DNA of 64,000 nucleotides from Entomortierella parvispora E1425 (Eukaryota; Fungi; Mortierellomycota): NCBI GenBank assembly GCA_020891255.1, contig BQFW01000012.1, positions 1,178,001 to 1,242,000 of the forward strand, read 5' to 3'. Shown piece by piece: positions 53,294 to 64,000 of this stretch (position 1 is its first letter; each line of letters starts with the position of its first letter). The notes under the pieces were generated by a model. It saw only the letters and a program-made list of their open reading frames with translations, ran no database searches and was not told where the DNA came from. The position numbers and the translations under genes were made by a program.

Positions 53294-53970
53294 ATGGCAA
53301 TCACTTCAGAACAATTCTCCTTCCGTCCCGTATGAACAACTATCCCTTCCTCCTCTCTTCCTCTGTCATGCTGCCTCAGGAAAGCCCACTGGTTCTCACT
53401 CCTCTCTTCCTGACTTTAACTTATTCATAGGCTCGTCCAGATGAGCTCGACATCTTTATCGATATCTTGGAGCGTGCTGCCCAGTGGATGGTCGAGAACA
53501 ACCTGAACCAATGGATCCCAGGATCCTTTGTGGCCCCAAAGACACGGGCAAATATCGAAAACACCATCTCGATCGGCAATGCCTTCTTCATCATCCACAG
53601 CGCAGTTGGTGGAGAGCCGACCATCATCGGCACCTTCACCCTCAACTATGACGATCCTTTTGACGAGATGCTCTGGAAAGATTTGGTTGAGGACTGGACC
53701 GCAGCCGTCTACTTGCACCGCCTAGTAGTTGAGCGAGAGTTCAAGGGCTTTGGCCTCGGTCCCAAGGCACTTACTTTTGCTGAGCAAGAGGGATTGAAGC
53801 GAGGAAAGACATTCTTGAGGCTGGACTGCATGGCGGACAACAAGCTGCTGAAGGCGTACTACCGCGAGAAGGCCCACTTCAAGGAGTTTGATGACTACCC
53901 TGGCGAGCGGCTCTTTGGACGGTTCGAGCGACCCATTACGGCAACGCTGCCTGAGGAAAAGAGTACATAA
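53294..53970 (+). CDS. GNAT-family N-acetyltransferase, bacterial-type, 2 exons
   Basis: Exon 1 53294-53329, exon 2 53431-53970; 'RPARPDELD...AAQWMVENNLNQW', 'YLHRLVVEREFKGFGLG', 'LRLDCMADNKLLKAYY'. Confidence 0.9.
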
Positions 53971-54231
53971 GATAATAAAGTCGATACCCTCTCATATCCA
54001 CGCAGCACCGCACCTTTATTCCTTTCATCAAAGGCCAGGAACCCGTCCAACCAAAGACAAGCGCACAAAGGAAACCAGATCAGAGAGTGAAATGAATGGC
54101 TAAGCCACCATATTAAAAGCTGAGCTGTAGCTCATGCCACATGCCACAGTTCATTCGCACTCGCATCGACCTTCCTCATCTCTTTGGACCAAGGACACCG
54201 CATCGTCACCACACTTACATAGACACCTACC

Positions 54232-56522
<2,291 letters not shown>

Positions 56523-56746
56523 TCATCGCCCCATTTCCTTGCTCCTACTCGATGCCGTTATTTTATCTGGCTTGTTCACTACTTGTTTCAAGAAGGACGT
56601 AATAAATCTCAAAGAAAATTGTATCATAGAAAGACTCTGAACTGAAAAGGGAAAGATACGTATCTAGAAATGCAAAATGGGGGTTTATTGTTTTTATCAT
56701 TTGAGATCATGCAAAGTATCAGGAAATGCGGCAAATAACTCGTTTT

Positions 56747-59700
56747 CTATGCCTTGGTTCTCATGAACTCGATCAGGCAGAGTGTGCTGTGGAACAACTC
56801 CTCAAGTCTCCTCCACTCACGCTGGTGCTCTCCGATTAACCGCCTCAAACGCATGCTCACGCTCAAGGGACCGGGCTTGGTAGCGTTGGCGTTGAACTTG
56901 ACCCTAGGCTCAGAGTCCTCGTCATCGTCGCTCTCCATCTCACTGTCCTCGTCCTCAGAGTCCCCATCCTCATCCTCAAGACCCGCATCTGGGTTAGCGA
57001 CCAAGAGATCGCCATGGATACGCAAGAACAAGTTCAAGTAGGCCTCGGCCAATTCGAAATCCCGTCTCTGCCTCAACAGACACTCGATCGCCTCCAAGAA
57101 GTACCGGGGCTCGGCCAAGTCGTTATCCAAAGACATGGATCTCAACTCAAAGTCCACTGCGGAAGGGTTCAAGGTCTTGAGATGATCAAAGAAATCGGAA
57201 TAATCGCGCTCCATCACTACCGTGGCCTCGTCCTTCTGGCCCTCAGACACCACCCGACGGGTTGCTCCAGAGTTGTGTCCGCGCTTCAACAAGGTCATGA
57301 ATACGGTCTCGGGCTGCAACATGCTCATACGGATCAACTTTGAATCTGCCTTATGATGTGAACGCTCCTCGTCTTCCTTGGTGGCCACAAACTTGGGCTC
57401 CACGCCGGGCAAAGTGCTCAAGAAGAAAGGTGCCTTCTCAGGTGCCTTGGGTGCTTCCTTTGGCTTGTTTCTAGCCTTGATCACATCCAAGTTCAACAAT
57501 GTCTGCCACTTGGATTTAGGGAGGAGAGACAAGGTGATCATCTGCTCCGTAAGCTGTTCTGGCGTATCGATTGTAGGCTCCAATGCGAGAACCTCTTCGT
57601 TGGTAGTGTACATGTTGTTGGCTATTAATAAAGAATGTATAAGCCATAGCGTTAGTTCCAGCTCATTGAGAACAAAAACTAATCATCAAACTCCTGCCGT
57701 ATGTTTACCTTCATCGTCCTCCTCTTCCAATGTAGATGAAGTGGGGAGAGCGACACGGATAACGTCGTCCTCTGTGATGCTGCGCAATGACACGGTAGTG
57801 AACTGCATGCGGTTGGCCCACAAGAAGATTCCAACATTATCCACATGAGCTGTCGCAAGGAAATCTCCAGTAGGCGAGAATGACAAGCTGGTGGCGATGC
57901 TCTCACAACGGAAAATATCAACCATGTGTCCAGTAGGCAAATCCCAAGTACGGATTGTGGCATCCAGAGATGAAGACACGAGCCAGTGACCATCAGGACT
58001 GAAAGTCTAGTAATTAAAATAAAGCAAAACGAATACAGGTTAAGAACATGCCTCACTCCTTGATATTCAACTACAAACGGTTTAGAAAATATAAGGCTCC
58101 TTACCATGTCTGTAATACGATTAGAGTGACCCCAGAACTCCCTCACAATACGTCTGTTCTCGAGATCGACAATTCGTATGCAGAGATCGTCGCAGATAAC
58201 AGCGAGGTGGTTGTTCTCGGGGTAGAGCAGCAAGTGTGTGATGGGCGAGGGCATCTCCATGGTATGTTCACACTTTCCAGACTTGATGTCCCACAACTTG
58301 AGGAAGCCATCCAAAGATCCAGAGATCAAAGTCTTGTTCAAGCGATCCGACTGAAGACCTGTGATGGACTTCTTGTGACCATCCTCAACAAACGAGCGAC
58401 GGAAAAGTCCAGATTGCATGTTGAACATGTCGACACCTCCAGCAGCAGATCCAACAAAGCCGAAGTTTCCACACAAACTGACTGCAACCGTCTTGGTAGC
58501 CGATCCGTCCTTGGGCGTCATGATGTGAGCGCCCAATGCCTTCCTCTGGTAATTCCATGACCGAACACCGGGTTCGTTCCAATGTGCTGTCAAGATGTTG
58601 TCCCACTCCTTTTGCTTTGCAGGCGAAGCCGCAACAGTTGTGATCAAGGGCAGCTTGAGCTCATCAATCTTCAAGTTGAGCAACTGAGATTTTTTGCTGA
58701 GAGAACCCTGAGACAACTCGGTCGACTGAGAATCACGAACAGTAGAGAAGGCTCTGAGGGAGCGATCACGACCAGCAGAGAGAATGAAATGCCCGTCCTC
58801 GCCATAGTAGTTGATGTGTGTTGGGGGAGCGTGATGTCCACTTCTGGACTTGAGGAGGCGGGGCAATCCATCAAGAGTGTCAAAAATCCACTGCTTAACT
58901 GCGTTGTCTGCTCCTGAACTCATCAAAATTGGCTGTCCGTTTAAGAATTGGATAGAAGGAATAGAACCGTCATGGGCTCCCTTCATCACATGAAGAATCT
59001 TTTGACGATCCAGGTCCCAGAGCGCAATATCACCATACATGTTTGCTGTAGCCATGACATGCTGATCGTCTGTATACAAATTAGTGAAAAATATCAAAGA
59101 CTGTTAGTCAGAGCTTCTCTGCAAAGCGCCCTTGCCGATATCAGATAAACAAGACCCTTACCAGTACGGAAGGTGACTGCGGTCACTTTTCCTTCTTGCT
59201 TCAGGGTCATAATGGTAACATCAGTCCTGACATTGTGAAGTACAACCCGGCCGTCCAAAAGTCCAACAGCAATGACATCGACAACAGGAGTCTGAGTAAA
59301 GCAGGTAATGGGCGAGTTGAATCCTTTGAAAGCATAGACCATGGTGCTTGTGCGAATATTCCAAAGTTGCATCGTTCCCTGGTTGCTTCCAATGAGAATC
59401 TTGTTGAGGTATGTGCTCGGGTGGATCAAAGTCGTAACAGTGAATGAGGGGTCAAAGTCGATAGTAGTGTAGAGTTCTAAAACCATTCATCATAAAGGAT
59501 GTTAGCCATCAACGAAAAGATGGGACCATTTGGCTGGTTGCAGTCATGGAACAGTAATCGACTCCTTACCTCCGGTGGTATGATCGTTCAACTTGACGCT
59601 GTTATCACTGCAGATCGAAATAATATGCTGACCAAAGACTTCCAATGAGGCTATTGACAGGTTAGGATCTGTTCCGCACGAGAAGCGGCCGATTTCCTTG

Positions 59701-60123
59701 GCTCTCTTGTACGAAACAACATCTGATCCGCAGGCAACAAAGGTCACGTCGCCAAGAGTGGCCAGTGCTGTGATGGGCGTCGAAGTGTGGGAACCTGTAA
59801 ATGAAATGAGAATGGCGTTCAACAGAATGAAATAGTCGCTATGTTAGAGAATGTTTCTTCTCGCATAGTCCACCATGCTCTGATATGATGTGCTCTGATC
59901 CACCCGAAGGAGACATACCAACAAAGAGCAAGTTCATTTTGGCGACATCGTAAGTGTGGTAGGTCGTTCCAACACAGGTGGTAAGGAAGTAAGCCTGTCC
60001 TCTGGCCTGGATGTTGAAGGGGATCTCGTTGGTGACATAGCCGATAGCGCGGAAAGGCACAAAGATCCTGGGTGCAGCAGCCTTTGGTGCGGCTGTGCGG
60101 GCCTTCTTTTGAATTCCAAACAT
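56747..60123 (-). CDS. UTP21: U3 snoRNP WD40 protein Utp21/WDR36, 6 exons
   Basis: 'IFVPFRAIGYVT', 'LIHPSTYLNKILIG', 'SSGADNAVKQWIFD', 'RSGHHAPP', Utp21 C-domain 'TLSLLPKSKWQTLLNLDVIKARNKPKEAPKAPEKAPFFL'. Introns 59918-59795, 59569-59477, 59161-59070, 58104-58007, 57708-57622. Confidence 0.96.
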
Positions 60124-63100
60124 GGCGTCCGAGGTCTTGTTGGAGGGGGTCAATGGGTTGCGCCCTGTTGTGTGAGTGGTGTTCTTCCCTTGTTCAAAGA
60201 GAGGGCGTGCGAAACGGAAGAAGCGGGACGAGCAAGGTAGGCAAGGATGGACGATGAAAGATGCACTGACAATGGCATTGAAAGTGAGCATGTATTTTTT
60301 TTTCTTTTTTTTCTGAGGCAGAGAGACGTGGCGGTAAACAAACTAAGCCACGGATGTGGCTGATTCTCGAATTAACTTATTCGAGGTTTTAATATTTTTA
60401 TTTTTATTCTAGTTTTAGGATCTTCAAGAATCGGGACATCCTCCTCTCCGACGATTTGAGTCCTTCTTGAGGGCTCCGTGGAAGGAAATCGCCTCCACTC
60501 ATCTTTTAGCCGCCTGTTCCCTTTGTTTACGCTATGAACCACCTGCATGAATGCATACCCCTTGTGTCTCGTTTGCTCTTGCAAAAGATGGCGTGCAAAA
60601 AGAACAGGCGCGCAGGTGGTAAAGCACCAACTCGTCAAAAAAAAAAAAAAAAAAAAAAGTGCTCACAAGGCACTGTATAACATTAACAAACATGGAAGGC
60701 AAGGAGCAACTGAAAAGCACCCACGGAGCAAGTACCCGCGTAAAAACGAGAAAGAAACCTGACTGGACCACGCGCTCTCTTGTCATTCTCCCCTTCGCTC
60801 GCGTTCCTGGATCGGGGGCAACAATCGATGAAAGTCGATAACGCTCTCTTTGCTCAGTGACAATTGGTGCAAGCCAATTCTTCCTGACTGGTTGCCTCGC
60901 CCTTCCTTTTTTTTTTTTTTTTTTTTTATAATTACTTCACCAGTCTAGGTCTGGGTCCCTTGGCTATGCGTCAGTTGGAGTGACATTCGCCCTTGACACC
61001 ACTGTTAGAATCCGTAACCGCGAAATCCACCTCCATGTGTCCACGGGAAGGAAGAGTTTGTGTTCGGCACTTCTGGTGATCGAGTCGCCCACTGCATATA
61101 TATACTTCTGTCAATAACGTTGGATGTCAGAGTGGCTATTATTTAAGAGACACTCATTCTATCGATGGTTATTTTGAAATGGCATTGGAAGAGAATAGGG
61201 CAAGGCAGATGTAGGGTTGAGCAGGTTCAAGGTCAGGTAAGGAGAGAAACTCGAGAGTAGACAAAATGGTCTGGTAGCCGGAGACTATAGGGGTAGACGT
61301 CAGCGAGAGCATTTTCTGACCAGTCGAGACATTCGTATCTCCACAATGTACGGCCTTCGTCGCGAACTCGAGCGCGACACTGACAAACGAGAGCGAGGTA
61401 TGACGGCGAACTTAAGGCGCCATTTTTTTTCGGCTCTGTCCCGTGTTCTACGAGGCTTCGAATCTGGTTAATATACACAATGCTATCCAACTCATGAAGC
61501 TCAAATGAACCTCTAACTTGCTAAACTCGTTCGCGCAAAAAAAGGGACTCGGCACTTTTCAACGACATCGAGGGCGTTTTTTTTTTCCAATTGGATTGAA
61601 AGCAAACTTTGGTAGCCGCGGCCTACGGGATAATCTGCACCATCGTGTGACCCGCAGCAACAAACCAAACAGCCAAAGAGACAAAGCTTCCTATTTTGTT
61701 CTTGTCGTCTGCGCGGTGTTGGGGTGTGCTGAGCGAGAAAGAAGAAAGATGGGCATGAAATATCGAGAAACAAAACCTTGGCGCTTTTGAAGTCGAAAAT
61801 ACACGAGAAAAAGTCGTCTGTCACTCATCCAAACCCTTGAACCAAGAAGAACGACTGAATGAAACAAGTGGAGGTCGCTGATTGTCGATCTCCTTGGTCA
61901 GTGAAGAGGCCGTGCTTAGTCCTGATAATCGAAACTTCTTGGTTTTGGTGGGCAACAACTGTAGTGCGCTTTCGAACAGCACGTTTCTCTTTGCTCTGCT
62001 TGAAAAGAAATTGTGTTTTTTCACAGTTTTTCTGAAAGAGTACCTTCGAGGGAGGGACATGGTTAGCACTATCCCAAGGGCTACATGGGATTGTAAGCCT
62101 GATTGGTCAAAGATTGCATATCTCATGTCGTGCTGGTGCAACCATGGTAAGCTTTTTCATACACTGGACCTGCTTTTTATTATTTTTTGCGACTGGGTCC
62201 AATGGTTTTTTGTTGTTTTTTTGCCACAATCAAAGAGATCCTAAGAATCTATGTGAGACCATGACAACAAGACAACAACAAACAACCAAGAAACAAAAAT
62301 CTCGAACTGTCGGTCCTGATTTGTCGAGAGAGACACAGAAGGAGAATATGAGAGTGAACATTGAAGTTCAGACACAGGCCCTCATCTATGGAGAGGCCCC
62401 AGCCCCAGCTTTGGGCAGTGATCTATTTGGGGGACTCGACATCCCTTGCGTAAGGAATGCCTCCAAAGACTAATTCTTGGAAGTTGGGCGCTTTGGACAG
62501 AAAGGCGAAGATACCACATATGAGACAGTTTGTGACGCGAAAAAAGCAGGGGGAAGGCGCCGATTCCCGTACTGTATTGAGGATCTGCAAAAATGTAACG
62601 AAAAGGGGGGGCCTGGATCCCTTGCATGAAGAACTCCGCTGGTGCCTTGCAGTTGCAATACATAGCGACAATGCGAAAGGGCTTCAGGCCATCGTGCGCA
62701 TTTATCAACGGAAAATCACTTTCTCATGAATTCTGGTCTCAGTGAGAGCTGGCCTATGAGAACACACCCGACCTCAATTCGCCGAGGAACATGAGAAGGA
62801 CAATACTGTAACTCTTTCCTGGTTGAGCGGAGTTCTTGAATTCAGGAACAGACGCAGGTGCGGGTGCAAGCCTGGCACGGTTGTTGGCTCACCCGCCAGC
62901 GGTCGAGCACTCTAGACCCCCCGGCGCTCTTCCTCATTGAGGACAAAAGAGGCAAGGAAAACGGCGTGGAAAAGAAGGAAAGTCAAAACAAGAGGAAAAG
63001 CGTTGACACACACGCTCAGAGAAGGTGGGGTAGCGGCGGACGCGGTGGGGAATGAAAGTAGGTTTTTTTCCGTGTGAAAGAAACAAAATGAGGAACAACT

Positions 63101-63350
63101 CCTGTCGAGTCGATGGTCGATGGCGCCATATCTCATTTCCCATCTTTCGCTCTCGGGAGCTGACATCCCAAATGTCTTATTCCAGTCTTGGTCAGTCAGG
63201 CGTTGCTCTACTCTGTTTATTGTCTTTTTGCAGTTGGTGCTACTAGACTACTGTTGCTGCTGTTGTGTACCACCCCTTGCTGCTCCCAACACTCGAGCCC
63301 CTCGCCCCGCGTCTGCACCAGTGCCGCTGCCGCAACCCTGATTCACCGCT

Positions 63351-63370
63351 ATGACTTCTCCCCAAGAATG
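63351..63370 (+). CDS. Possible first coding micro-exon (MTSPQEW...) of a gene continuing beyond the window, perhaps a Derlin
   Basis: ATG after a C-rich leader, immediately followed by GTATCCTTTT. The peptide resembles plant Derlin N-termini; no downstream exon identified. Confidence 0.35.
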
Positions 63371-63380
63371 GTATCCTTTT
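63371..63380 (+). other. U12-type (minor spliceosome) 5' splice-site consensus GTATCCTTTT
   Basis: Exact match to RTATCCTTT; the only GTATCCTTT I found on the + strand. Confidence 0.5.
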
Positions 63381-64000
63381 TGGCCCTTTGACTTTTTTTT
63401 TGTTGGTGTTTTGTTTGTTTGCTCGCACCCAAGCCCATTGCTCCACGTTCTGGTTATTGCTCAATTGGACTGTCCGGAAGAGAAAAGGTTAGAAGGTCCC
63501 TCTTTTTCGACTATGCCCTCGCCTGTTTGTCGCTGACCCGAAAGTTGGGGAACAGGGCGAACGATTCGGCGCAGCGCAATGATCTGCAATGAAGTAAGCT
63601 AGACTAGCAGAATCTGCAGTTCAATCCGCGATGCACTCTCTCTGCTGCTCTTCGCCCTGGCACCAGAACACCTCAGCTCCATGGAATCGAACGAATAGGA
63701 CCCTGACAAATATCTTTGGACCAAACGTGGGGGGCCGGTACCTGCTTCTGTATGCAGGTGGTGATCAGAGCTTTCATTTGAGATATCATTTACCGAAAAT
63801 TATTGCAAAGAATCGTTCTGTTGGGGAGAGGAGCCACAAGATTTAGGAGCAGCCGTGGACGCCCCAAGCGTTGCAAAGACAAGTTGACTCACTGCGCGGG
63901 TCATCGATTGTCAACAGCCGCTTGGCCCTGCAAGGGGCGAAGACGATGATGGGCCTGGTCACACCGTCGAGATAATTGGGTCATTGACACAAAATTGCAC

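Overview
Eukaryotic, intron-containing genomic DNA from a Mortierellaceae fungus (Mortierella/Linnemannia/Podila-like), judged from a delta-12 desaturase closely resembling M. alpina FAD2 and short GT-AG introns with CTAAC/CTGAC branch points. I reconstruct about 22 genes by hand-splicing. Conserved genes: Sds3/Dep1-like, a small SET protein, a MYST acetyltransferase, CDC14, PKC1, a TrhO/TSTD2-type rhodanese, RIB3, a Cys2-type serine O-acyltransferase, FAD2, ATP14, OCT1, DDX41 and UTP21. The rest are lineage-specific or accessory genes. No rRNA, tRNA, CRISPR or recognisable transposon was seen. Most interesting: (1) a five-exon ~1518-aa gene joining an Inn1/Fic1-like C2 domain, a Pro/Gln-rich region, a pseudokinase (HRD to HLN, DFG to DFE) and a COR-B/TORNADO1-like tail; (2) a ~1122-aa protein with a beta-rich/Ig-like N-half and hydrophobic C-terminal helices (toxin-like, HGT candidate); (3) a perfect U12-type donor GTATCCTTTT after a 20-nt first exon resembling a Derlin N-terminus; (4) an ER-luminal CPPC/8-Cys protein ending in KDEL; (5) a bacterial-type GNAT with one intron. 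Family assignments come from motif recognition only; no database searches were run.
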